Part shown: positions 1-9,583 of the stretch, one piece after another
How the letters are laid out: every line of letters begins with the position of its first letter
Position numbering within the stretch: the first letter of the stretch is position 1
The notes under the pieces: model-generated
What the model was told of the DNA's origin: nothing
The model's database searches: none
The model's input: the letters and a program-made list of their open reading frames with translations, nothing else
Position numbers and translations under genes: made by a program
Assembly: GCA_043823065.1 (NCBI GenBank)
Contig: JBDRBB010000006.1
Coordinates: forward strand, 32,001 to 96,000
DNA from: Pseudomonadota bacterium
Lineage (GTDB): Bacteria; UBA10199; 2-02-FULL-44-16; DYJF01
Direction of reading: 5' to 3'
DNA: 64,000 nt

Positions 1-30
1 GCCAAATATCACTCTTTAAGTATTTCATCA

Positions 31-870
31 CTATTCGAGCTCCTTATAATATTTCACTTCCTCTTCAGACATGGAACCTAAATCTTCTAAAATATCATTA
101 GCAGAGGCTGATTCCCATAATGATTGATAATCTTTTGTTGTATAAGGTGCCTCCCTTTGAAAAACTAATCCATAATCTATTATTTCACAATCTGGCGTAG
201 CCTTCCACGGCATATCTCCATGAACCAATTCTTCTATTTGTGTAGCATTATTATCCGAAAGATTTTTGATCACACAATTCATAATTTTTTTCTCAGATTC
301 AGAAAACAGGTCTTCATCTGGCTCAACTAATGCTAAATATCGTTTTTGAGCTTTACCATGATAAACATGTGAAACAAATTCTAGCTCACCATCATCTAGC
401 ATAGCATTTATAACAGACTTATATTCTTTTATTTTTGGAACTGGTCCAAATTGCATTTTCAAATAAGGCAAGCCTGTAATTGGTTGGCCTGTTTGTTCAT
501 AAGAATTGAAATCAATGAAATATAACAACTTATAAATTACGGTTTCGCCAACGTTTGGTTTGCCACCACACTTTTTAAGAATATAAAGGAGCACATTTTT
601 TAATTTTTCTTTATTGAATTTCACATTAGCCTTCTTTTTGGAATCGATTTTTTCTTTTGTAAAATTGAGCATATAATCAACGTTAACAGAAAAAAAATCT
701 GCAATTTTTAATAGTTCTAAACTATCAACTTTTCTTTCACCTTTTTCAATTTGACTTACTGCCTGTCTTGTTAGTTCTAAATGCTTTGCTAAGGCTTCTT
801 GAGAAATATCAAAATCTTCTCTGAGCCCTTTAATTATATTGCCAAGTTGTTTTTGTGTAATTTGTGACAT
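31..870 (-). CDS. XRE-family HTH fused to Panacea/SocA-like (DUF4065) antitoxin domain
   Basis: N-terminal Cro/C1 HTH (SQEALAKHLELTRQAVSQIEKGER); C-terminal KLLYFIDF...GPVP...H..PW pattern typical of DUF4065. Confidence 0.8.
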   Translation of the reverse strand: MSQITQKQLGNIIKGLREDFDISQEALAKHLELTRQAVSQIEKGERKVDSLELLKIADFFSVNVDYMLNFTKEKIDSKKKANVKFNKEKLKNVLLYILKKCGGKPNVGETVIYKLLYFIDFNSYEQTGQPITGLPYLKMQFGPVPKIKEYKSVINAMLDDGELEFVSHVYHGKAQKRYLALVEPDEDLFSESEKKIMNCVIKNLSDNNATQIEELVHGDMPWKATPDCEIIDYGLVFQREAPYTTKDYQSLWESASANDILEDLGSMSEEEVKYYKELE

Positions 871-1000
871 GGTCCCCTCCCCGTCTATTTATTATACTAA
901 CATATGCACTAATATAGTGCAAGCACTATCATTATTATCTTGACAAAATAAATTAAATAATCTATCATTTCATATACTTATAAAACTAGAGCGCCTAATA

Positions 1001-1138
1001 ATGGTCAGGGGGACTAAATAAACATTCAGAATTGGCCGCAATTCCACAACAGGAAAATTAACAACTGTAAAAAAGGTCGAAAATAACCCACGAACTCACA
1101 CAGTGGAATGCATGGGATTCCTGCTTTCGCAGGAATGA
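1001..1138 (+). pseudogene. Degenerate small ORF (GRxxxTG...TVK...P.T..VE type) with one premature TAA
   Basis: Frame from ATG 1001 reads MVRGTK*TFRIGRNSTTGKLTTVKKVENNPRTHTVECMGFLLSQE*; stop at 1019-1021; divergent from the XRE gene. Confidence 0.4.
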
Positions 1139-1140
1139 CA
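1115..1140. repeat. REP-like palindrome (GGATTCCTGCTTTCGCAGGAATGACA family)
   Basis: Hairpin ATTCCTGC-TTTC-GCAGGAAT; related copy at 27752-27777. Confidence 0.75.
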
Positions 1141-1182
1141 AACAATGCAGAGATGACAGGCTGGATTACTGATCTTGGACGC

Positions 1183-2538
1183 TTATCTGCCTTTATCAAA
1201 CATTACTGGCACTTGGATGCCGCCGCCACTAACATTTACTTTTAGACTACGGTTTGTAGCACGAGTGATAAAACCACCCACCCTAAAACTAGTAAATTTT
1301 TTACCATCCCAATCATAGTGAATATATACACCCAAATCAGCAATTACTTTTCTAGGACGGGAAAGAATACCATGCACATCAATTGTATTTAATCTTAATC
1401 TATCCTGCAAAGCCCACTCAGCCTGTTTTTTCTTGGGAATATGCTTAATCATATTTTGCATTTCACTACCAACATAAACTCTTTCCCCACCCATACCATC
1501 CCCATGTTTCAAAACTAAGTTCTCATAATTTTTTTTAGCATCAGCTTTATTACCCAGAAGAAGCTTGGTGGGTAAAATTGCTGGTTCAACTTGGTGGGCG
1601 TATTCTGGAATTAAACGTTTGCGCAAACTCTTATCAGCCAAAAGCGGCAAGATTGTTTTAGATGCCACCAAACCTGTGACAAAAGGACTATATTGGGGAA
1701 TTTTGCTGCAAATTAAATTGCGAAAAAATTCGGGCGCTTCTTTATAATCAGCTAATTCAAAACTATAGGAAACCTGGAAAACATCTGGTGCTTGCAATTC
1801 TTGTTCCAAATATAATTTGCCATTTTTGAACTTTACTTGTTTATAGGCCATTTTATTAAAATCTTTATCTGGCTGAATTTTAAAAACCTTGGGGCTCACT
1901 AAACGCAAATTCAGACCCACTTGTTTAGCTTTGGCTAAAATAACTTCTTCTTCCCAATTATAAACATCATATTGAAAACGCACCATGTTGCGACCCAAGC
2001 GACGCATATTCTGAACTTCACTCTTTGCTGTATCAAAACGTTTAACCTTGGATTTTAGTTCGGGCATGATACGCAAGATTTTCTCTTGAATAAAAGAAGA
2101 ACGGCCAGTACCATCAAAACCAATTTCATTAATTTCTAATAATTTGGGGGGATTACCTGCATTTGGTGAGCCAGCAATAGCCATATCAAATCTTAAACTA
2201 CCAGTTAGGCGTTTTGGACGATACTTCAATACTCCTAGCTCTTGAACCAAATAATCAGTGATTGGTGTAGGCAATATTATGGATTTCAATTCAGCAGTAG
2301 GCAGAGATAAAAGCCGCATTAAAAAAGTAGTTATACCTTGGCTAACTTTAACAATGGTTGGCAAATAAGAATAAGGCAAAATACGGGGGATAACCGAACA
2401 ATCATCGTCACAAATTCCCAGCAAGTTAGAATCAACAAATTCATTCCAAAGCTCTGTTTTTAATTCTGAAACTGGTTTTTTTTTAAAAACCTTATTCAGC
2501 AAAGGCGAGATATTTTCATGAAAACTTTCCTGAGCCAT
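1183..2538 (-). CDS. Circularly permuted ATP-grasp / glutathionylspermidine-synthase-like ligase
   Basis: Motifs RFD, KLLEIN, VLKHGDGMGGERVYVG, WALQ, VNVSGGG. Confidence 0.65.
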   Translation of the reverse strand: MAQESFHENISPLLNKVFKKKPVSELKTELWNEFVDSNLLGICDDDCSVIPRILPYSYLPTIVKVSQGITTFLMRLLSLPTAELKSIILPTPITDYLVQELGVLKYRPKRLTGSLRFDMAIAGSPNAGNPPKLLEINEIGFDGTGRSSFIQEKILRIMPELKSKVKRFDTAKSEVQNMRRLGRNMVRFQYDVYNWEEEVILAKAKQVGLNLRLVSPKVFKIQPDKDFNKMAYKQVKFKNGKLYLEQELQAPDVFQVSYSFELADYKEAPEFFRNLICSKIPQYSPFVTGLVASKTILPLLADKSLRKRLIPEYAHQVEPAILPTKLLLGNKADAKKNYENLVLKHGDGMGGERVYVGSEMQNMIKHIPKKKQAEWALQDRLRLNTIDVHGILSRPRKVIADLGVYIHYDWDGKKFTSFRVGGFITRATNRSLKVNVSGGGIQVPVMFDKGR

Positions 2539-3774
2539 TTATGTCTTTTTCTTTTTGGGAGGTTTTTCTTTTATCTTAAAGAAATAAAGCCGACCGGAAT
2601 TGGAAAGTAGAACCAACTTATCATCCACAAACAAGGGATCTGAAAAACTTCCACCGCCTCGAATATAACGTGAAAAAACAATATCTCCATTTAGAGGATC
2701 AACTAAATAAAACCTGCCCTTGGTGGCTGCCACGGCTAATACATTAGCACCTATTGCCGGAGAGGAAATACCAGGCACTTCCAAATCCTGTTCCCAAAGC
2801 AGATGGCCTTGTGCTGGTGTGGCAGCAGCTAAAACACTGTCCCCAGAAATATAAAGTGTGTCTTGAGTCAATAGCAAATCATTGACACCACCAACATCAT
2901 CCAGCATCCATCTAACCTGGCCGTTTTGATCTGGATCCAAGCAAAAAACATGACGATCAGCAGTAGCCACATAGATGCAATCTTTAGTAATAATTGGACG
3001 AGTATCCAAATCTGAAACCAAAGCGGTGCGATCGCCTAATTGTTTAACCCAACCCAAGCTGCCATCTGTTCTATAAGCCATGAGCATGCCACGTGCGTTA
3101 CCAAACAAGATCATATTTTGATATAAAACTGGGCTAGAACCACGACGTACCCGAAAACCTATATTATTGTCATAAGCATCGGTATGCCAAATTTCTTGTC
3201 CGTTTGTTTTATTCAAACAAAACAAACGACTGGAATTGGTTACAAAATAAACCCGTTCTTGATCAACCAAAGGCTCAGCTAAGATTGGATCTCCCAAAAC
3301 TTGTTTCCAAATTTCCTTACCATCTTTTGTATTTAAGGCATAAACATAACCATCTATATCCCCAAAATAGACTACTTCATCTTTAACTGCAGCTTGTGCC
3401 TGAATTGGACCATGAGTTTTATAATTCCAAACTTTTTTAGTTTTTTTAACATCAATACCGTAAAATACGCCAGCATCTACACCGACAAAAATCATGGAAT
3501 CATCTGCTATTGGAATGGCAAACTGAAATGGCTTACTTGACCAAAAACTTGTTTTTTTTAAGCGAATCACGTCCAGCTTATCAACTTTGATTCTACGATC
3601 AGTTTGCTGCAACTTACGCCACTTACTAGAACTATCTCTATATATTATAGAATCATGGCTGGTTAAATGCTGGCTGGATTTAGCCTGAAGTTCTGGAATT
3701 AGTAATAATAAACAGGAACACAAAATTATACTGCTAATCGCTACCTGTTTTATCTTCCCTGAGCAATAAGCCAT
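2539..3774 (-). CDS. bamB: PQQ-like beta-propeller, BamB-like outer membrane assembly protein
   Basis: Repeated G.VYAL...G..W blades; follows a YfgM-like TPR gene near der. Confidence 0.7.
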   Translation of the reverse strand: MAYCSGKIKQVAISSIILCSCLLLLIPELQAKSSQHLTSHDSIIYRDSSSKWRKLQQTDRRIKVDKLDVIRLKKTSFWSSKPFQFAIPIADDSMIFVGVDAGVFYGIDVKKTKKVWNYKTHGPIQAQAAVKDEVVYFGDIDGYVYALNTKDGKEIWKQVLGDPILAEPLVDQERVYFVTNSSRLFCLNKTNGQEIWHTDAYDNNIGFRVRRGSSPVLYQNMILFGNARGMLMAYRTDGSLGWVKQLGDRTALVSDLDTRPIITKDCIYVATADRHVFCLDPDQNGQVRWMLDDVGGVNDLLLTQDTLYISGDSVLAAATPAQGHLLWEQDLEVPGISSPAIGANVLAVAATKGRFYLVDPLNGDIVFSRYIRGGGSFSDPLFVDDKLVLLSNSGRLYFFKIKEKPPKKKKT

Positions 3775-4424
3775 AAAAGATGCTCCTCTATCTTATTTTT
3801 TAGTTGTCCTTCTTGAGTTAGATCAAGAGCTTTTTCAAAATATTCTTTAGCTTTTGCATAATCTGCAAGTTTTTCAAAACAGAGCCCAGCTTGATAAAAA
3901 CTGTCTGCTTTATTTAAATTATGATTAACCTCTGCTGCGACAATATAGGTTTGAGCTGCCTGTTCATATTTTTCTTGAGCCAGCAAAACATTAGCCAAAC
4001 CATAGAAACCTGCTATCCTCACCAAAACTGGATAGCTCTTTTTTTGAGAAATTCTTTCAAATTCAGCAATTGCTGCCTCATATTGCTTGGTTTCAAACAA
4101 AATATTGGCTAGCTCAAGACTTGCTACCCTACCAGTTTCGCTATCACTATAGTCAGCAACAAATTTTTTTAGTTCAACAATTTTTTCTTCCTTATTAGTC
4201 ACTTCCTGAATTTGATAAAAAGAGTTGGCTATTTTGTTTTCACGATATTTTAGAAAATAATTGGCACTGAAAATAACAACTAAAGTTATAAAAAATGCTC
4301 CAGCTGCAATGCTTATTGTTTTGACATGCACATGTAAAAAATGAATTACCTTGATGGTCCAATCTATAAATTCGTCTTTAACCGGTTTCTTTTTGCCACG
4401 AGGTAAATGTTTATAAGTTGCCAT
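3750..4424 (-). CDS. YfgM-like membrane-anchored TPR protein
   Basis: One N-terminal TM helix then TPR repeats; yfgM-bamB-der context. Confidence 0.7.
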   Translation of the reverse strand: MATYKHLPRGKKKPVKDEFIDWTIKVIHFLHVHVKTISIAAGAFFITLVVIFSANYFLKYRENKIANSFYQIQEVTNKEEKIVELKKFVADYSDSETGRVASLELANILFETKQYEAAIAEFERISQKKSYPVLVRIAGFYGLANVLLAQEKYEQAAQTYIVAAEVNHNLNKADSFYQAGLCFEKLADYAKAKEYFEKALDLTQEGQLKNKIEEHLLWLIAQGR

Positions 4425-5257
4425 TATTTTTCTCCTGTTGCCTGCTGACCATTACTATCCTCTAATCCTTTATATTTATCTTGGATGTGTGCCACAACCT
4501 CAGCAGAAAGCAACAAAATATTTGAAAGATAATAAACCCACATAATAGATAATATTAGGGCGGTAAAAGAACCATAAATCAAATTATATTTGGCAAAAGC
4601 AAATTCCGCATAAATACGAAAAAACATCTTTGCCACACCAATGCCTATTGAAAAAACCAAACCCCCAATAGCTGCATATCTAATATAGACTTTTTGATTG
4701 GGAATAACCACACACCCAACCACAAAAGCCAGAAAAGCCACGACAAACATGAAAAAGTCTGTAGTTAATAATTGTCCAAAGGGCAAAGTAAAGTGAAAAT
4801 GTTTAAATAAACTTTCGAAAATACGAACTACAGTTGGAATAAAAAATAGCAGAGAGACGCCAAAAATAACAGTTATACCTATGAGCCGAGAGTGAAAGAA
4901 ATTACGCCTTTTATTGGTTTTAAAAATCGTATCAAAACTTTTTTCAATCGCGCTCACTAAGACAGTGGCGATAAAAAACAGGGTTAAAATACCAACAATG
5001 CCCAAGGAGGATTTTGTATCCATAACCGCATGCAGATTTTGCATGAATATTTCTTGGCCAATGGGCAGAGCGCTTAGTATTTCATTTACCAAATCGTTTA
5101 AAATTTTAGCTTGAGAACCTAGAAAAAAACCAGTTACAGACATCATGAGCATCATTAGGGGGATAACGGCTAAAATGGCACAAAAAGAGATATTAGAAGC
5201 TAAAGAAAAGCAGTCGTCATTAATAAAAGATTTTAATATTTTACCAATCAGTTTCAT
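4424..5257 (-). CDS. YihY/BrkB family membrane protein
   Basis: Multiple TMs; Y.LIYGSF...I..IMWVY motif. Confidence 0.85.
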   Translation of the reverse strand: MKLIGKILKSFINDDCFSLASNISFCAILAVIPLMMLMMSVTGFFLGSQAKILNDLVNEILSALPIGQEIFMQNLHAVMDTKSSLGIVGILTLFFIATVLVSAIEKSFDTIFKTNKRRNFFHSRLIGITVIFGVSLLFFIPTVVRIFESLFKHFHFTLPFGQLLTTDFFMFVVAFLAFVVGCVVIPNQKVYIRYAAIGGLVFSIGIGVAKMFFRIYAEFAFAKYNLIYGSFTALILSIMWVYYLSNILLLSAEVVAHIQDKYKGLEDSNGQQATGEK

Positions 5258-6552
5258 TTCTTCCTGAAAATTAATCTCACAGGCACTTCTTGCAGATTAA
5301 ATTCTTCTGCTAAACGATTCATTAAATATCGTCGATAAATATAAGGGACCGCAGCTGGATAATTAGAAAACAAAGTAAAGGTCGGTGGCCTGGTTCCGGT
5401 TTGCGTAGCATAATATATATTAATTTGCTTGCCTTTACAAACAGGAAGATGATGTCCTTCCACAGCTCGCTTGACAAATTTATTTAACTCCGCAGTGGAA
5501 ATTTTTGTGTTTAACATCTGATGCACATGCTGAATTCTATTAAAAATGCGCAAGCAATTAGCACCAGTTTTAGCCGAGATAGCTAGAATTGGCACATGAA
5601 ACAATTCCTTAAGTCTGTTTTGAACACCCTCCACATATTCATCCCATGGGGTATCAACCAAATCCCACTTGTTAACCAAAAGCACCAGCCCCTTACCTTC
5701 GTTATTTACAAAACCAGCTAGGCTTAGATCCTGATGAGTTATTCCTTCTTGCGCATCTAACAAAAAACAAACCACATCACTGCGATCTATAGTGCGCAAA
5801 GATTTCATGGCACTTACTTTTTCAACTTTTTCATCTACGCGAAAACTTTTTCTTAAACCCGCAGTATCTATAAAAACATAATGCTGACTATCAAATTCAA
5901 TATCGACATCGATAGCGTCCCGAGTGGTTCCAGCCAATTCATGAGCCACAACTCTTTCACTGCCAGCAAGCCGATTAATTAAAGTGGATTTACCAACATT
6001 TGGCCGGCCCAAAACAGTTACGCGCAATCCCTTTGCTTTTTCAATGTCTTCCTGCACTGGAGGAAAGTGCTTGACCACTTCTTCCAAAATTGCATCAACA
6101 TTGCGTCCATGTTCTGCTGAACAATGTACCACAGAACTAAGTCCTAATTCATAATATGTGTAGATCTGATCTTCATTGCCTGCTGTATCTATTTTATTAA
6201 GAGCAAAAACTATGGGTTTGCCAGTTTCATTTAGCTTACGAGCCAATTCCCGATCATGAGAAGTAGGTTCTGCCCTTCCGTCAAATAAGCACAGCACCAC
6301 ATCTGCTTGGCTGATGGCTTCTAAACTTTGTTTGGTAACTTTACTTTCAATGTTGGCTTCTGGCGCAAAATCAATACCACCTGTATCAACCACAATAAAT
6401 TCCCGGCCAGCCCATTCAGCAACTGCATAGTGGCGATCTCTGGTTACTCCTGGGCGATCATCCACAATAGCCTTGCGATAACCGATGAGGCGATTAAAAA
6501 GACGTGATTTGCCGACATTAGGCCGGCCTACTATGGCAACAATTGGTTTCAT
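5254..6552 (-). CDS. der: Ribosome biogenesis GTPase Der (EngA)
   Basis: Two GRPNVGKS G-domains, DTGG/DTAG, NKxD, C-terminal KH-like domain. Confidence 0.97.
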   Translation of the reverse strand: MKPIVAIVGRPNVGKSRLFNRLIGYRKAIVDDRPGVTRDRHYAVAEWAGREFIVVDTGGIDFAPEANIESKVTKQSLEAISQADVVLCLFDGRAEPTSHDRELARKLNETGKPIVFALNKIDTAGNEDQIYTYYELGLSSVVHCSAEHGRNVDAILEEVVKHFPPVQEDIEKAKGLRVTVLGRPNVGKSTLINRLAGSERVVAHELAGTTRDAIDVDIEFDSQHYVFIDTAGLRKSFRVDEKVEKVSAMKSLRTIDRSDVVCFLLDAQEGITHQDLSLAGFVNNEGKGLVLLVNKWDLVDTPWDEYVEGVQNRLKELFHVPILAISAKTGANCLRIFNRIQHVHQMLNTKISTAELNKFVKRAVEGHHLPVCKGKQINIYYATQTGTRPPTFTLFSNYPAAVPYIYRRYLMNRLAEEFNLQEVPVRLIFRKK

Positions 6553-6555
6553 TTT

Positions 6556-6978
6556 TTATAAATCTAGAATCCATAAGCCGATATCTTTGTTATGTCGGCG
6601 GTGGATACTGCCTTCAAGCACATGCAGATGAACTTCGGCTGTGGGTTCTACAATGCAGCCTTCCATAAGGTGGCCGCCAAGGGTTGTGCCTTTATGATCA
6701 GTTAGCACTAAATGGCAATGGATAAAAGGTTTATCTTCTTTAAGGGAAACATTACCCAGACCAGCAGCAATTTCCAAGGCACCTTCATGTTCTATATATT
6801 CATATTTACCATGCTCAAAAATGCCCAGTTTTGCCCTTTTAACTGCACCAATAACCTGAAAACTGGCTGAAGATATCTGTTTTTTTTGCACAAACTCAGT
6901 TAAAGCAGCTAAAAGATCTTCCCCTGGCTCACATCTGCCCACAAAACTATGGGTTATTTTGGTTTGAATAGTATTCAT
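6556..6978 (-). CDS. PPC domain (DUF296) protein
   Basis: GEDL, IGAV, H.H, GGHL motifs; start chosen at MNTIQ. Confidence 0.85.
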   Translation of the reverse strand: MNTIQTKITHSFVGRCEPGEDLLAALTEFVQKKQISSASFQVIGAVKRAKLGIFEHGKYEYIEHEGALEIAAGLGNVSLKEDKPFIHCHLVLTDHKGTTLGGHLMEGCIVEPTAEVHLHVLEGSIHRRHNKDIGLWILDL

Positions 6979-7104
6979 TGGCGCCTGACATGGCATAAAA
7001 TGGAATTTTTAGCAATAGGCAACAGTGGTGGGTAAGTATTGCTTCGCTAAATCCAAACATTTGACATGAATATAAACAAACTGCTGATTCATTGATTAGG
7101 AAAG

Positions 7105-7668
7105 CTAGCTGCGGGAGGAAAGGATATCCTCGATTTCTTGGCAAGCCCTTTCTAGATCGTCATTTATCACCTGATAATCGTATTTATCCTTATAGGTTAG
7201 CTCCATAAGGGCGGTTTTGAGACGGGCTTGCTGGGCTTGTTCTGAATCTGTCTTGCGTTGGGATAGCCTTCTTCTTAACTCCTGATCAGACGGAGGAAGC
7301 AGGAAAATTGAAATGGCTTTATCTTGATAAATATCTTTTAGTTTTGTGCCGCCAATAACTTCCAGATCCAACAATACATCTTTTCCTTGCTCAATTGCTT
7401 TGTCCAAAGGCTCTTTCAAGGTACCATAAATATGGCCACAATATTTAGCCCATTCAGCAAATTTATTTTCTTTGATCCAAGTTTTAAAAGTTAATTCATC
7501 TATGAAATGATAATCTTTGCCATCTACTTCTTGGCCTCTTTTAGATCTAGTGGTGCAAGAAACAGAATGCATCATATGCGGATGCGTAAATAAAAACCTC
7601 TGAATCACAGAGGTCTTTCCTGTTCCAGATGGTGCAGAGATTATGATCAACCTGCCTTTTTTATTCAT
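7105..7668 (-). CDS. gmk: Guanylate kinase
   Basis: SAPSGTGKTS, SCTTR, E.DGKDYHF, YGT. Confidence 0.95.
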   Translation of the reverse strand: MNKKGRLIIISAPSGTGKTSVIQRFLFTHPHMMHSVSCTTRSKRGQEVDGKDYHFIDELTFKTWIKENKFAEWAKYCGHIYGTLKEPLDKAIEQGKDVLLDLEVIGGTKLKDIYQDKAISIFLLPPSDQELRRRLSQRKTDSEQAQQARLKTALMELTYKDKYDYQVINDDLERACQEIEDILSSRS

Positions 7669-7742
7669 GCTATGCTATTTATTCTATACAATAGTTTTTG
7701 TCTAGTCTTGACTCCCTTTCCTCCCTTTGATAGAGCCAATTC

Positions 7743-8513
7743 ATGACCTCAAATTTCCACATCGGCATCATGGGCAACCTATTTTCCGGCAAAACCACCC
7801 TGATGAACGCCCTTTCTCAAGACCCTTACAAAACTGAACTGCAAACACTTTTAGATAACGCTGAAATGCATACTTTTACTGAACGTGTTGAAAAAGGCTC
7901 GCTCACTGACCAATGTTTATCGCTATTTTATAAAGATAGAGTGGCCAATATCTTTCCCACTGAAGCTGCTTTTTTGCATATGCGCACTATGCAACAAAGA
8001 GAAATACGCCACTTAATGACCCGCAAGAACAATCGCAATATTTTAATTATTGAAGACAGACCCTTTATGGACGGTCCGGAAGTTTTTGTAAAAAGAATGA
8101 TCAAAGCAGGAGAGATGCCAGAGGCGCATGTTAAACTATATAAGACAATTTTTTATCAAACCTTGCATAATGAAAGAATTCGGCTGCCTGACCTTACGGT
8201 TTATCTTCGGTCTGAACCAGTCTTGCTGGAAAAACGCCGTTCTCAAAGAGCTGCTAACGGCGATGGTTATGCCAGCACAATTACTGAAACCTATTTAAGA
8301 GAAATTCATGAATGTTATGAAGACATTGTCACCAACTGGAAGAGCACCCTGCTTAAATATCAAGAATACACCATAGTTCCGCCAGATGCAGAAATGGTAA
8401 TTCTGCCTGCTGAAATAGATATGTATGAGCATCCAGATTACGTGCATGTTGCAGCTGGAACTATTCGCGAAAAGGTCAGAAGAATGGTGGCTGCTAGGAG
8501 AAAAAATATATGA
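7743..8513 (+). CDS. Deoxynucleoside kinase family protein
   Basis: P-loop GNLFSGKTT, EDR, PDLTVYL, YL..IH..Y. Confidence 0.75.
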   Translation: MTSNFHIGIMGNLFSGKTTLMNALSQDPYKTELQTLLDNAEMHTFTERVEKGSLTDQCLSLFYKDRVANIFPTEAAFLHMRTMQQREIRHLMTRKNNRNILIIEDRPFMDGPEVFVKRMIKAGEMPEAHVKLYKTIFYQTLHNERIRLPDLTVYLRSEPVLLEKRRSQRAANGDGYASTITETYLREIHECYEDIVTNWKSTLLKYQEYTIVPPDAEMVILPAEIDMYEHPDYVHVAAGTIREKVRRMVAARRKNI

Positions 8514-9430
8514 GTCAGTACGGCTCCATCCTAGAAGTCAAAGAAGATTTAAACATTAAAAGACATGAAATTCCCAACAGGCTCACTAGCGTTGAACGCC
8601 GGTTGATGAAGTTTTTTTCCAAAAACCAAGCTTTGATAACCTGCATTGGTAATATTGGAGCTGGCAAAAGTTCTCTAGTTAAATTTCTGGCCTATCATAC
8701 TGGTCTGAACGCTTTGTTTGAGCTTCCAGACGAAGGGTTTGAAGATCACCTTATCCAAAATGAATCTCTCTATCCCTTGCTAGCCACAACTAAAGATTCC
8801 GCTAAAAGGACGCTTGGCAGGTACTATGGTGCAATAAATGAATTTATTGAATGCCAGGCCAGAGAGCCAGTGGAGAGCCCAGCTTGGATGGTTGCTAAAA
8901 GAAATCTAGAAAGAGGAGCTCTGGATATTCAACATGCTTATTTAGATTTGCGCAAAATGCAATTGCAGGCTGTCCCTCATTTGGAAAAATCAACCTGCAT
9001 TGATGGCTCAGCTTTAGCTGATCGTTATGCATTTTGCGAGGTTTTGCACAATGATATGGACGTGCCCTACCTGACCAGAGAGGCACTAAAAATAATCGAT
9101 AAACGCTTGAATGATGAATTTAAGCCTTTAACCCAACCTAGTTTAATGATTCAACTCCATGCGCCAACAGATTATTTGTTCCAAAACATCAGAGAACGGC
9201 AAAGACAAGAGGAGAAAACAGATAAGGGGGATAGTGAGATTCCTGAAGGTTTATCTCGCTTAGTTAAAAATCTAAATAGGCGTTATGATACTTTCATTGA
9301 CGTACTGCAACAAACAGGATGGTATACAGGACCTGTACTTAAAGTTGATGTCTCTAAAATTGATTTTGTCTCCAACGTTCGCCATCTAATCTCAGTGTTT
9401 GAAGGAGTGGAAAAACTTATAATTCCCTAA
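8510..9430 (+). CDS. Deoxynucleoside kinase family protein (second, divergent paralog)
   Basis: P-loop GNIGAGKSS, IRER.R.EE lid, L..RY; 4-nt overlap with the upstream kinase gene. Confidence 0.7.
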   Translation: MSQYGSILEVKEDLNIKRHEIPNRLTSVERRLMKFFSKNQALITCIGNIGAGKSSLVKFLAYHTGLNALFELPDEGFEDHLIQNESLYPLLATTKDSAKRTLGRYYGAINEFIECQAREPVESPAWMVAKRNLERGALDIQHAYLDLRKMQLQAVPHLEKSTCIDGSALADRYAFCEVLHNDMDVPYLTREALKIIDKRLNDEFKPLTQPSLMIQLHAPTDYLFQNIRERQRQEEKTDKGDSEIPEGLSRLVKNLNRRYDTFIDVLQQTGWYTGPVLKVDVSKIDFVSNVRHLISVFEGVEKLIIP

Positions 9431-9432
9431 AC

Positions 9433-9461
9433 AAAAAAGGCCCTTCTAGTCGAAGGGCCTT
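9433..9461 (-). terminator. Intrinsic terminator downstream of the tRNA, possibly bidirectional
   Basis: AAGGCCCTTC-TAGTC-GAAGGGCCTT with an A-tract on + (T-tract on -). Confidence 0.75.
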
Positions 9462-9467
9462 GAAGTG

Positions 9468-9541
9468 TGGCGGCAGGCGGGATCGAACCGCCGACCTGGA
9501 GGTTATGAATCTCCCGCTCTCACCAGCTGAGCTACACCGCC
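9468..9541 (-). tRNA. tRNA-Met (CAT), elongator type; CCA not encoded
   Basis: GGCGGTGTAGCTCAGCTGGTGAGAGC...TTCATAA...GGTTCGATCCC...TGCCGCCA; G1-C72 paired, so not initiator; Ile2 not fully excluded. Confidence 0.9.
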
Positions 9542-9583
9542 ATTTCGGTCGCTCATATTGCACATAATTTTTATTTGATCAAG

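Noticed and set aside
9468..9541. tRNA-Met as an integration site; A31-C39 anticodon-stem mismatch
   Set aside because: No duplicated tRNA 3' end or integrase was seen; a single mismatch is not enough to call it non-functional
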